From positions 62,001-126,000 of the forward strand of contig QPMI01000562.1 in the NCBI GenBank assembly GCA_004431415.1: a stretch of DNA of 64,000 nt, read 5' to 3'. Made by a program: the position numbers and the translations under genes. The DNA comes from Cyanophora paradoxa CCMP329. Taxonomy: Eukaryota > Plantae > Glaucophyta. The notes beneath the pieces were generated by a model. It was not told where the DNA came from and searched no databases. It saw only the letters and a list, made by a program, of their open reading frames with translations. Below are positions 12,868 to 24,672 of the stretch, in pieces; position 1 is the first letter of the stretch, and every line of letters begins with the position of its first letter.

Positions 12868-13212
12868 ATATAGCGGGCCCAACACCTGTGCACTGCGGCA
12901 CCAGCAAATCGAAGCCGCCGCAGCTGCAGTGCATGCGCAAACTCGCACCCTGACAGCCCCGGCCCGGCCCATGGCCAGGGCCCGGCCGCGGGCCCCGCCG
13001 CGGCATGCGGCCCCTCGGTCGAGACCGTCGTGCGTACGGCGTCGACGTCCGGGAGACGAACTTCCGAAGTTCGGAATTCGAACAAGGAATTCGAACCCTG
13101 AGGAACACTCAGGAACTCCGGGGCGGGGTACTGCGACCTCTGCGCATTTCGAAGTTGCACGTTAACGTTGGTCCGACGTCGCGTCGACCTCCTGGAGACG
13201 CGGCGTCGCCGG

Positions 13213-14835
13213 ATGAGCTCCTCCGACGTCCTCGCGCTACAGGATGAGCTCCGACAGGAGCGCCGTTTGCGCCAGCGACGTGAGCCTTGCGTGCTGCTTC
13301 TGCTGATAATGTTCCTTGCCGCTTCTGCTGATCAGATCGTAGTGCAGGGCGAGATCCGCGCGCTCACGGTGGAGCTGCGGAGGCAAGAGCAGGCGTTCGC
13401 CGACATGACAGCCTGCTTCGCCTCTCAGCTGGCTGAGCACAGCAAACGTCTGCTCGAACTGGAAAGCGGTTCTCCCTCGCCTAGAAGAAGACGAAAAACA
13501 CAGCCCGACCAGAACGCGCCGCCCGCGGCCGCCGACAAACTCTCGATGGCCGGTGACGTCGACGCGGGCGAGTCGAGCTCGTCCCGGGGTCCGCCGAGCT
13601 CCACTTCATCGACCGCAGCCGGCGCCGCGGCTCCCGCCGGCTCCTGGGCGTCCGCGGCCGACTCGGAGCCCTCGAGCTCCCGCCGGCCGCTGGCCCCGTC
13701 CCTGCCCGAGACCGGCGCTTCTGGCGAAGCAGCCGAAGCGCACGTAGAGCGCCGACGGCTCGCGCCGAGGGGATTGCCGGCCGAGTCGGCAGCGGAGGGG
13801 CGCGGGGCTGAGCTCGCCCGGCCCTCGGCTCCCTCCGAGCCGCCAGACCCGGTGGTGGCGGCGCCGGCGCGCCAGGCCAGCGACTCCGACGAGGCGCTTG
13901 CGCGACGGCTCCAAGCCGAGTACGACAAGGAGGGTCCGACAAGCCCGCCGCCCGCGCCTCGCACGCTGCCTGACCTGGGCCTTTCCTTGCAGCCGCTGGG
14001 GCCAGGCACCGAGGCGTCGCGCCTCCTTCGGTTGCAGGGCGTGCGGGACCTTCCTCCGGCGTCGGCGCGGCTGCCGCTGGCGCCAGCTCCCGCCGCCATG
14101 CCTTCCGAGGCGTGCTGGAGTTCTCCCCGCCCCGCGCCCAGTGGGTGCCAGGCCCCCGGGCCGCCCCGCTCGCCATGGGACCTCCCTTCGTCTTTCAGCC
14201 GGCGCAAGTCCCCCCTATCGGGTGCGGGCGCGCGTCGGCCACCGCGCGCGGCTCGCCCGCCCAAGTGAGCGCCGGCCTCGCAGGGACGGCTCCTATGAGG
14301 CGCTGCTGGACCTCCAGGAGCGGGTGGGCAGCGCCAGCCGCGGCCTCTCCGCACTCCAGATCTCGCAGTACCCCTCCCGAACTATACGCCCCGCCGACCT
14401 CGAGAGTGTCGAAGAGGATCGGAAGAGGTTCGCGTACTCCCTCCCCCACAAAGAAGCTCGAAACGAACCCCGGCCACCCGGCCCTGCTCACAGGTGCCCG
14501 GTGTGTTGCGAGGACTACTCTGTCGGGGCGACCGTGCGGACTCTGCCATGCCTCCACTTCTATCACAGCGAATGCATAGGTGCCGCTGTGCGCGCCTCGT
14601 TGCTTGTGCCCTCTCTCGCTCACGCGTCGCCCGTGTGCGTCATCAGACCGGTGGCTGGGCGATCACAGAGACTGCCCGTGCGCTTCCTTCCTGCAACCCG
14701 TTGCACCGCCATCCCGCCTCGCGATTCGCGATCGAATCCTCGCAACTACATTCTAGATCTGACTCGGCGACGCGCGCCGTCTCTGGCCGCAGGATATGCA
14801 AGCGCGGGCTCCTGGACCGTCTGGACGTCAACTGA
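13213..14835 (+). CDS. RING-H2 E3 ubiquitin ligase with UIM-like motif, multi-exon
   Basis: SDEALARRLQAEY, SYEALLDLQERVGSASRGLS, then CPVCCEDY...LPCLHFYHSECI-RWL...DCP-ICK across introns. Confidence 0.85.
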
Positions 14836-16199
14836 AAGCTCGTGCCTCGGGCTGGCCCTGAATCGATATCAAGTTTGAATTCGGCTCCAACGTGCCTGCT
14901 GCAGTGCCCTGCACTGTGCACATCTATACTATTTTCACGTGCATGTGCATGCTCAGTGGATTTACAATTTCGTGCAGAGACTAGACTGTGGCTGGTGTCT
15001 AGATCTAGACACCACTGTCATACCAGCACTGCGGGGGCTGCCCAGGGGACGTACCACTGTCCGAGTCACACCAGTAGTAGAAGAGCTCAATTGCAATTGC
15101 AAGGACGTCAACGCGACGTCAACACTAGAACGACGAGGAACACGCCGCGAGGGCCCGCGACGGGAATTCGAACGTTAACGCAGTAAATAACTTACTAATT
15201 TAGTAAGGAGAACGAGCACGAGGAACTACTAGGCTACAGTCGAAGATCCAGCTGCAGATCTAGTTAAAAAACACGAACGACAGGCACAGACCTAAGGGCC
15301 TCTCCTTTCCGCAAGCCTTGAAGGCGCCGGCCGATTTCAAGTTTTGAAATCTGTCACATCAAACCCACAGACCCGCGCGCGGCCGAGCCCAGTGACTCAG
15401 TGAAATTTTAAAGCCGGCCGGCTATATATATAGCTAGCGCTGGCTACCGTAATGCAGAATATTAAGGTCTGTACTTTATTATGTCGTCCCGAAATTATGT
15501 CGCCTCGGACGGGACAAAACGACATAATTTGGGGACGTCATAATATGGGTAGGGCTCCGGCCCGGGTCCTAAAACCTGGACCCGCGACCCGCGGGTCGGG
15601 TCGACCCCCTGACCCGTGACCCACGGGTCCGACCCGGGTCGCTGGGGGGGGGTACCGGTTGCGCCGAAAAACCGCTACAAAAACACGGGTTCGCTTCCGA
15701 CTGAGACATTTCTGTCAGCGGCGCCCCGAACTCGGTCGGCAGCCAGTTGAGCGGCGCGGTCTTAGTCTTGTGGTTGCTCGGTTAGCTCCATAGCTATCGT
15801 GTGCATCATCCTCGTCGGCCCCCGTACTTTCTCTGGCGCAGCTCCGGTCGACGGCGTTTTGTGTGCCAGGTGCGACGCAGCCTTCGTCCTCCTGAATCAC
15901 TGGATCGATGTGAGGGCTATAGCTAATGGCGTGCGCTCTTCGCCTCCCGCTGCGCGTTCCCGTGCAGGTCGACGTCGCGCAGCGGCCGCGCCGCTGATCA
16001 TGATCGGACCGCTAGGGCGGCTAGAACATGCATGCAACGTTGGAGCATTGCCGCAGGATGCTCTTCCATGTGTCCAGCGAAGGGCGGCTCTCCATTGCCG
16101 GCCGCCGAGCGAAGGTGCGGCGCCGGTGGCCGCGCCCCGCGGGAGTCTTGCCACGTGCGCCCTCCCTGTTGACTCTACGCTCTTTGTAGCCACACTACG

Positions 16200-16900
16200 C
16201 TCCCGCGGCGCACCGCGGGCGGCGAGCGCGCCTCCTCGAAGCGCGCCGCGTTGTAACCGAGGCCAGGCTGGACTAGTACTACGGCTGAGCCAAGGTGCGG
16301 CGGCCGCGGGCGGGGGCGCGGGCGCCGCGCGCGCTTCCGCGCGCTTTGAGCTGATGTATTCTCCCTCGCAGCGGGCGCTGGCGGCCCGACGCGCCGCGGG
16401 CGGCGAGCGCGCCTCGTCGTAACCGAGACCAGGCTGTACTGCGGCCGAGCCAAGGTGCGGCGGCCGCGGGGCGGGGGCGCGGGCGCCGCGCGCGCTTCCG
16501 CGCGCTTTGAGCTGATGTATTCTCCCTCGCAGCGGGCGCTGGCGGCCCGACGCGCCGCGGGCGGCGAGCGCGCCTCGTCGTAACCGAGACCAGGCTGTAC
16601 TACGGTCGAGCTAAGGTGCGGCGGCCGCGGGGTGGGGGCGGGGGCGCCGCGCGCGCTGCCGCGCACTTCAGGCCGATGTAATCTCCTTCGCAGCGGGCGC
16701 TGGCGGCCCGACGCGCCGCGTGTGGCGAGCGCGCCTCGTCGTAACCGATACCAGGCTGGACTGCGGCCGAGCCAAGGTGCGGCGGCCGCGGGGCGGGGGC
16801 GGGGGCGCCGCGCGTGCTGCCGCGCACTTCAGGCCGATGTAATCTCCTTCGCAGCGGGCGCTCGCGACCCGACGCGCCGCGGGCGGTGAATGCGCCTCGC
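16200..16900. repeat. Tandem repeat, ~161-bp unit, ~4.5 copies, inside the hAT element
   Basis: TAACCGA anchor recurs at about 16254, 16420, 16581 and 16742. Confidence 0.85.
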
Positions 16901-17654
16901 CGTAGCCAGATGCCCCCTCCACGCACCTCCCCCCCCATGCCGCCGCCGAGTTGTTTCTGTCTGTTTTGAGCCGTGCATGTGTAAAGATGAACATATTATT
17001 AACGCTCGCTTGAATTACTTTCCAAAGATGTGTAGCTGTCGGGGCTCGCCAGACGCGGAGCACTGCCGATTCCAGCCCGCCAGAGAGCCTGGCTGGTTCC
17101 AGAGAGTGAATGAGTGAATCGGCAATCAGGGCGTTGCGGGAGGGCCCTTAAACGCTATAATATATCGTATAATATCTATTCAAACGCATCTATAACGCTA
17201 TCCTAAGAGCGCGGGCTGCCTGAATAAAGTGGCAGAAAAGTACGGCTTCTAGAGTCGCCAGAAGGCTAGACTACGCCATACAGTTGGTCTAGTCACTTTG
17301 GGCTGGACGGAGGGGAGTTTCGGACCATTTTATTCCCAGCGCTTCAGCATCGCCCCTGCAGCATATACTAACGCAATAAAATGTAATATAAGCTTAAATA
17401 GAACCTATCTAGTTCTTTTGGGGGGCCGGCTGCCGACTAACAGTGACTTTGCATCTGCAGCTTCATGATCATGATCATCTGCAGCCCGCGGCCCGCCCCG
17501 AGTACGTTCCCTTCCACATCCCGACACGGTCACTCCGCCCCCATTCAGCTGTATATCGCTTGCGCTTGCTCTTACTCATGATCATATTTACTTGCTAGCT
17601 GCTGGCGCCGAGGGGCGGGGGGGAGTGACTAAGTCAACGGGGAGGGAGAGGAGG

Positions 17655-18450
17655 CCGAGGCGGGCGGCGGCGGGGCTCTCTGGGCGGGCGCAAGCGCGGC
17701 GGGCGGCGGCGCGGCTCGCCGGCGGGGGCGGAGGCGCGGCGGGCGGCGGCGCGGCACGCCGGGCGGCGCGGAGGCGCGGCGGGCGGCGTCGGGCTCGCCG
17801 GGCGGGACGCAAGCGCGGCGAGCGACGGCGCGGCTCGCCGCACGGGCGGAGGCGCGGCGGGGCCGGCGCGGCTCGCCGGGCGGGCCGGAGGCGCGGCGGG
17901 CGGCGTCGGGGCTCGTCGGGCGGGACGGAGGCGCGGCGAGCGACGGCGCGGCTCGCCGGCGGGGCGGAGGCGCGGCGGGCGGAGGCGCGGCTCGCCGGGC
18001 GGGGCGTAGGCGCGGCGGGCGGCGGCGGGGGTCGCCGGGCGGGGCGGGACGCGGCGGGCGGCGGCGCGGCTCGCCGGGCGGCCGCGGGCCGGAGGCGCGG
18101 CGGGGGCCGGCGCGGCTCGCCGGGCGGGCCGGAGGCGCGGCGGGCGGCGTTGGGGCTCGCCGCACGGGGCGGAAGGCGCAGCGGGCGGCGGCGCGGCTCG
18201 CCGCCCGGGCGGAGCGGCGGCGCGGCTCGTCGCCCGGGGCGGAGCGGCGGGCGGCAGCGGGGCTCGTAGCCCGGGGCGAAGGCGCGGCGGACGGCAGCGG
18301 GGGTCGCCGCACGGGGCGGAGACGCTGCGGGCGTAGGAGGAGCTCGCCGCACGGGGCGGGGACGTCGACGCGGCCGCCGGGCCGGCGGCGGCGCGGCTCG
18401 CCGCACGGGGCGAAGGCGCGGCGCGCGCCGGCGGGCGGTGGCGGGGGCCG
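17655..18450. repeat. GC-rich minisatellite (~36-38 bp degenerate unit)
   Basis: Reiterated GGCGCGGCTCGCCGGGCGGG..GGAGGCGCGGCGGGC units. Confidence 0.8.
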
Positions 18451-18911
18451 CCGCACGTGGCGTTGACTACGTATACCTCCCGCCGGACGCTGCAGTGATT
18501 CCATATCTCGGAACGCTTCTGTCCCGCGGGAACAAGGTCCGAAGGTCCGGCTGTGGTGCTGCCGCCATCGCTGAGCTGCTTCGCTGCAGCTGCCGCCACC
18601 TCTACGGTGCCACCGGGAACCCCCTCGCACGGATCCGACCCTTTGTATGGACCCGACCCGCCGGGTCACCACCTGGACCCGTGACCCGCGGGTCAGGCGA
18701 CCCACGGGTCCACCCGCGGGTCCGGCGACCCGGGCCGGAGCCCTAAATATGGGCTCGCTAAGCCGCCCCATACAGTACCCCAAAAATTTACTGCCCCATA
18801 CAAGCCTGAAAATTTCATGCCGACATAATTTGGGGACGTCATATTTCGCATAGAGAAGGCTCGGGTTTTCAAACGACATAAATTTGCATGACATAATATT
18901 GTGTATTACGG

Positions 18912-19479
18912 TAGGACCGTGCACGTGGACCGGGCCGGGCCGACCCGGGTCGACCCGGTCGGGTCGGCCAGGCAAGCGGGTCGATCGGGCCGACCTCCCG
19001 ACCCGGGTCAGACCCGATCCGGGCCCGAACCGGGTCCGAGTCGACCCGGGCCGGAGGGTCTTGGGTACACCCTTGGGGACCGTTCTCCACCTTTCTGAAG
19101 TGTTGATAAATGCTGAGATCTTCGTCTATATAACACATACTATGTGTATTACACTTATATGTCGCACAGATGCATGCAGATGTACATGTACAGTGGACGT
19201 GGCTGCTTGATGGAATATACGTACCCCCCGAAATTTAAACAGCAGAAGTTCGTTTCCGGAGCGCATAATGCATCTAGATATTGCAAATAGTGCATCTTTA
19301 TAATGTATCTGCTGCATTGTAGCACGTTTTCGATGTAATTCATCACGTTTGCGGTGTTCTTTCGGTCGAAGGCGGGATTGAAGTACCCCCCTTGGCCGAC
19401 CCGGGTCGACCCGGTCGGGTCGGCCGGGCGAGCGGGTCGGGTCGATCGGGCCGACCCCCCGACCCGGTCCACGCCCCTA
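18912..19479. mobile_element. Probable decayed hAT-type MITE
   Basis: Right end CCCGGTCCACGCCCCTA; left end TAGG...CGTGGACCGGG is degenerate; CGACCCG repeat blocks at both ends; no TSD found. Confidence 0.45.
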
Positions 19480-20080
19480 GCGCTGGCCATGGGCTGTTCG
19501 GCCGGGCGCCCGGCGGCCGGCCGCTGCAGCTGGCCATGCAGTGCCCTAGGCCTACTGTGACAGCCGCGGGCCCGGCCGCGAGGGCGTCCACGTTAACGTT
19601 GGCACGTCCGCGAGGCTTCAAGGCTTCGCCGTATTTAGTGCTCCGCAGGAGCACGGATATCGATCTTGTACTGGAGCCCGAAATTAGCGGACCAAAATCT
19701 TGTCAGGCTTGTATGGGGCGGTAAGTTTGGGGGGTACTGTATACGGCATGCAGCTAGCAGCAGGAAAATACTGGAGCCCGAAATTAGTGGAATTTTCTGC
19801 GTCCAGTATTTTCCTGCCCTACGCGGTACGGCTACGTCTACGTACCGGTAGTACGTAGAGAAGAATCGTGTTCTAAAGCATACCAATGCTGGGTTAAAGC
19901 ATCTGCAGCTGGGGGTTAATGCTGGGTTAAAGCATCTGGGGGTTGAATGACAAGAGATCATGCATGTGAGAAATCCACCCAGGGTGACGACCTGGGGGTA
20001 CATGCATAGTACTGCCGAGGCGGCCAGAGGCTCTCCCGAGCCTCGAATTCGAATAACATTCTTAACATCACCAGTACTAG

Positions 20081-20580
20081 TAGGGTTGCCACTTACGGCG
20101 TAATTATAAGTCCCCCCAAACCCGCCGTAAGTGTAAGTGTAAGTGTAAGTGTAAGTCGTAAGTCCGCCGTAAGTCGGCCGTAATTATAAGTCGGCCAGAA
20201 ACCACAGAAAACACGTCTCAATCTGCGAGATAGATTGTCTTCAGTCTTTTTCTGTACATGTGTGTTTGGGAAGGAATGGGGCTTGTTTAAGCAGTAAAAG
20301 TGCCATCCCAGATAGACACCATGACCACCGGAGGCCCGTTAACGTTACGGGATCTTCTCACCCCGTTCAGAGGCCTAAAAGCACGTCTGAATCTGTAAGA
20401 TGTGCAAATCTACTCGATTTAGATCGATTTTAACTTAAATCTACGCTCTTTTTGCTGCTCGCAGGGGGTATCCCCATGGGGACTTACGACTTACGGCCGG
20501 AAAAAAGGGCCGTAAGTGTAAGTCGCCACTTACACTTACGGACTTACGCGTAAGTCTGTAAGTCGTAAGTGGCAACCCTA
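20081..20580. mobile_element. hAT-type MITE (500 bp, TAGGGTTGCCA termini)
   Basis: 16-bp TIR TAGGGTTGCCACTTAC; GTAAGT/ACTTAC subterminal repeats; ATCACCAG at 20067-74 and 20581-88 (left copy offset by TACTAG). Confidence 0.85.
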
Positions 20581-21256
20581 ATCACCAGAAGCTGTTTATG
20601 TGTGATATATATATAGGCTCATATAGCACTGTACAGCTAGAGCACTTGGAAAGGCCGGGCGAAAGACGCGAGTTGAGGGGTCGTGATGTCACCATTATGA
20701 TGAGCGTGATAGAGGGGGGGTCCCGTATCATGATATCAAAATGTGATATCACATCATTATCATTTTTATCATTATCATGATATGCCATCACTGGCGGTAA
20801 CCCAAATATAATTATAAAACGTAAAACCTGCCAGAGATGGCCCCTCCCCCCCCCCCTTTCGACATCGCACCGAAATCCACCTGACATGTACAATGGCTGA
20901 CATTCGACATTAATCATTGAATATTGTCGATGTCGGAGGCTGGGGGACCGGTACGTATGCCCCCCCGGTACTAGGTACCGACATTACCGTGAGACGGTAA
21001 CCCTAATGTACTCCTAGCTCGAGCCCGACCACACGGCGACCAGCCTGCAGCTGGCACTGCCTGGCAGTCGTACGTATACGCGTTCAGAACAGAAGGCCGC
21101 GGACCAACCAATCCTGGGCGCCGGCCGCGGACGCAGCCGCTGACTCGGCGCTGAGCCTGGCTGCCCTGGCCGCCAATTGCAATTGGCTATAGCTATTAAT
21201 TGTAGACGAAATATTAATTATAGTTGACGTCTCCGGACTCCGCGGCGAGTCCGCGC

Positions 21257-21876
21257 TAGGGGTGCGGCTTGCCGGCCAAAAAGTCGGCTTAAGCCAAGCC
21301 AAGCCCCGGGCGCTCACGGTCAAGCCAAGCCAAGCCGGCCGGCCGGCCGGCCCAAGGGCTTGGGCTCCCGGCGGGGTCAAGCCCTTGGCCGGGCTTGCGG
21401 CAAGCCTAAGGGGGGGTACCCTTCCGCAGGCCCTTGGCGCTGTGGCGAAATGCTTATATTTAGCTTTGAATTCACAAAGAAACGCATCACAAAGAAACGA
21501 GAACGCGGCCGGCTGCGGCCGTGCCGTGCATGCGCATGGACGTCGATCGACGGGCCGTGCGAGCGCGAGCTTGAGCTCGAGGGGGTACCGTATACGTATA
21601 CGTACTACGGTACGTGTGCACGCGCGCGTCTGTTATAATTAATGCACGTTGCCGTCGCAGGCTTATAGCTTAAGCTTCGTATCAGCTTCGATTCGAATGC
21701 GCTGCAGGCGCGCAGCTGCGTCGACGTCCGGCACCCCCTCCGACGCCCCCCCCCCCCCCCCTCCGAGGCTCCAGGGCTTGAGCCGGCTTGAGCCGGCCAA
21801 AAGCCGGGCAAGGGCTTGACCCCCCAGCCCGGCTCAAGGGCTTGGCTCAAGGGCTTGCCTGCAAGCCGCAGGCCTA
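21257..21876. mobile_element. hAT-type MITE (620 bp)
   Basis: TIR TAGGGGTGCGGCTTGC versus TAGGCCTGCGGCTTGC; exact 8-bp TSD GTCCGCGC at 21249-56 and 21877-84; CAAGCC/GGCTTG subterminal repeats. Confidence 0.85.
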
Positions 21877-23191
21877 GTCCGCGCTCGACTCATCCTCAGG
21901 GCCTCTTGCATGAATTCGCGCAGCGCTGCTTTAATTTCTTGATATTCAATGCCATATGCATGCATGCGCATGCATGCTGAGGCAGCTGAGCATGATTATA
22001 ATTACTTCAAAATCTTTCAAGTAAATATAATTACAAGAGCTAGCTATAGAGGCCTAGTAGTATTAATTAGTATTCTAGTACCCGTATTCTAGTACCTGGT
22101 AGGTCCTCAGTCTACTATAGGTATACGTACCCCCGCGGCCTCTCAGCTTTCAAGTTTATTGAAAACACTTGCATGTCTATATATTAAATGCAGACATTGC
22201 AGAGTCCAGCACTAGTATTGCGTATCATAGTATATATATACCATATAGTATATATGCATGCGTCGGGGTCACTGACAGTGATCATGAGTCACGGGCCCAG
22301 GCCCCGGCCCCCAGGGCCGCGTGGCACGGCGTCACTGAGTCATTGCAGAGTCTGCCGCACTGCGGCAGTGCCTTCAGCCTGGCACTGAGTACGTATATAG
22401 CGCGTATACCGTAGTAGCCTAGTAGGTACGTCACTACGCGGTGCGGCGTGGCGAAGTTCGGCCTGTTTTGCAAATTGCAACTTTGCCAGTTTGCAAGTTG
22501 GCAAGTTCGCCGCGTGTTACCGTAGTACTCACGATCAGTGAGCTGCGGCCTGCAGGCCCTGAGGCGGAGGCCGCCGGGCGTAGCCTAGTAGGGCGCCGTA
22601 GGCCTATAGGCTAGGCGACCGCGCACTGCGGCACGGGCGGCACGGCGCAGCCCGCGCTGTCCGACGTCGACGGCCGCGGTCGGCTGTACGCGCCGACGTT
22701 GCCACGGTTGTCGACAGACATCACAGACATCGACACAGACATCGACTCACAGCTCTAGATCTGTGCTCGCCTTGCACGGCTGCAGCCGGTTATGCGCATG
22801 CGCAGCCTCGCGTTTGCAGAACCTCATGATCAGAGCCTCGATGATCTCCATGCCCAGCTGCAGCCGCGGCCGCGTGCGCCGCATGCATATTCGCAGCCGC
22901 GTGCACAGCTGCGCGTATGCACAACTTAAGTCGCAAGTTCGTACGCCATCGATATCCTCGGCCGCCTGCAGCTGGGTCGGTGGCGAGCTTGCGCTGCAGC
23001 AAACATGTGCATGCATATGTACATGTGCCGTCAACGCCTACATTTCTTCTGTATCGGACATATGCATGCTGACTGCCCAGCCTTCGCCACAATCGCGCAT
23101 GAATGTTCTTGAGTTCAAATCTCCGCTCCGACCACCGCGGCGATGGCCGCCTCGGCGCTCGTCAATATCATGTCTCACAGTGCATGTACGC

Positions 23192-24356
23192 ATGCGCATG
23201 CTTCTTGGTATCGTGCTTGCAGGTGAGCACTCGCAATTGATTCTATATGTCGACGTCGACGTCCCGATTGGCCGAGTTCATGATATCGATTATCTGCCGT
23301 CGCAGTTCTGCTAGCGCTATCGTTCCCTGCAAGCGCACAAGCCCTCGACTATTCGCCTCCCGTTCACCTGTCAGGGCACGTGGGTCCGGTCTTGGGCCTC
23401 GCTCTGGACAGCACAGGCCGCCTGCTGGCTTCAGGCGGCGAAGACGGCACCGTTAAGCTCTGGAACGTCTCTGCAGCTGGGGGCGCCTTGTTTCGGTCTT
23501 TGAGCAACGGCACGGGCAGCGTCCGGACAGTCTGCTTCACGCCCGACGGCGCCTCAGTGCTGGCAGCGGGCCCGGGCTCGGTCGCGCGGCTCTGGCGAGT
23601 CAGCGACGGAGCTCTTCAGCTTGGCCTCAAGCATCCCGATGGGGTCTCTGTGTATGCAGGCGCTGTTTCGCCGGACGGAGCTCTCGCCGTGACTGGCACG
23701 ACTGTTGCGCTGGCGTATGTCTGGTCCCTCAGCAACGGCGGCTCGCAGCTGCGTTCTCTGAACAATCACTCGGACGCAATTACGGCAGTCGCCTTTGCTC
23801 CCGGATCCAGCGATGTCGTTGCCACAGCGTCGCTCGATAACACTGTCGTCCTGTGGAACGTCTCCTCCGGAGCCGTTCTTCGGGTGCTCAGGGGCCACAC
23901 GGACTGGATCTACGGCATCGCGTTCGTTCCGCGCGCTGCGCTGCTCGTCAGCGTCGCGAACAGAAATGATCCTCAACGGATCCGCACGTGGTCAACGTCG
24001 ACTGGCGCTCAACGATGGGCGAGCTTTGCAACTGCGGGCTTGGGTGCAGTTCACTCGGTCGCCGCCGCAGCTAATGGGTCTATGTGCATTACTGCAGGTG
24101 CGATCAATTTGAACATTATTTCTGTATTGCAATTGGTTAATTCTTCTGAGAACGCGACCGCGACTTTGCGTCGATTAGGAGAGGACGGGCGCGTGCGTTT
24201 CTGGAGCGTCGAGAGTGGCGCGGAGCTACCAGGATTCCGCCCGATCGAAATCAACTCCTTTCAGTCCTCGACTCCGCAACCGGTCAACATTCGGTCTGTC
24301 GCATTGTCTCATAACGACACGTTTGCTGCAACTGGCGACGAGAAGGGCAACGTCAC
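23192..24356 (+). pseudogene. Segment 1 of a triply interrupted host gene: signal peptide plus WD40 beta-propeller
   Basis: MRMLLGIVLA-VLLALSFPASAQA, then WD40 repeats (LASGGEDGTVKLWN, NHSDAITAVAF..TASLDNTVVLWN, GHTDWIYG). Frame is broken at GNVT| by the retrotransposon. Confidence 0.88.
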
Positions 24357-24672
24357 TCGGGATTTGCGCTCTCAATGCGTAAATCGAGTTTTGCGCCGAC
24401 GGAATGCGAACAAAGAAGACCGTAGCCGAGCGCCAGGCACGAAAGAGCTGAGCGACTCGCTAGCCGCGGAGCGGCGCGAGGCGAGCACGGGATAAGCAGC
24501 AGGCTGCAGCGAGCGTCCCGCAAGGGACTAGCTGAGCTAGCCGTTGGGCCGAGCCGGCGGGCTTGAAGCCGCCGAGCGCCGGGGGGTACGCTGATTCGGG
24601 GTTTCCCTTCACGCCCAGCTTCGCTCGCGGCCGCCCCAGGCCACGAAGCGACCAGCGGCGAAGCGAAATCGC
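24357..24672 (+). repeat. Split direct repeat A1 (316 bp)
   Basis: Identical-looking to 35153-35468; inverted relatives at 41203-41518 and 51251-51566. Confidence 0.95.

Larger units (their letters stand above)
15550..18745. mobile_element. Non-autonomous hAT-type DNA transposon (3.2 kb)
   Basis: Perfect 19-bp TIR TAGGGCTCCGGCCCGGGTC; 8-bp TSD AATATGGG at 15542-49 and 18746-53; GACCCG subterminal repeats; no transposase ORF. Confidence 0.88.
15447..18911. mobile_element. Short Tc1/mariner-type (CCGT-ended) MITE, split by a nested hAT-type insertion
   Basis: Left end TA|CCGTAATGCAGAATATTA versus reverse complement of right end TA|CCGTAATACACAATATTA (2 mismatches). TA duplication at 15445-46 and 18912-13; ACGACATAA subterminal repeats at both ends. 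Confidence 0.7.

Noticed and set aside
20680-21004. Additional hAT MITE ending CGGTAACCCTA
   Set aside because: No matching left TIR or TSD was found.
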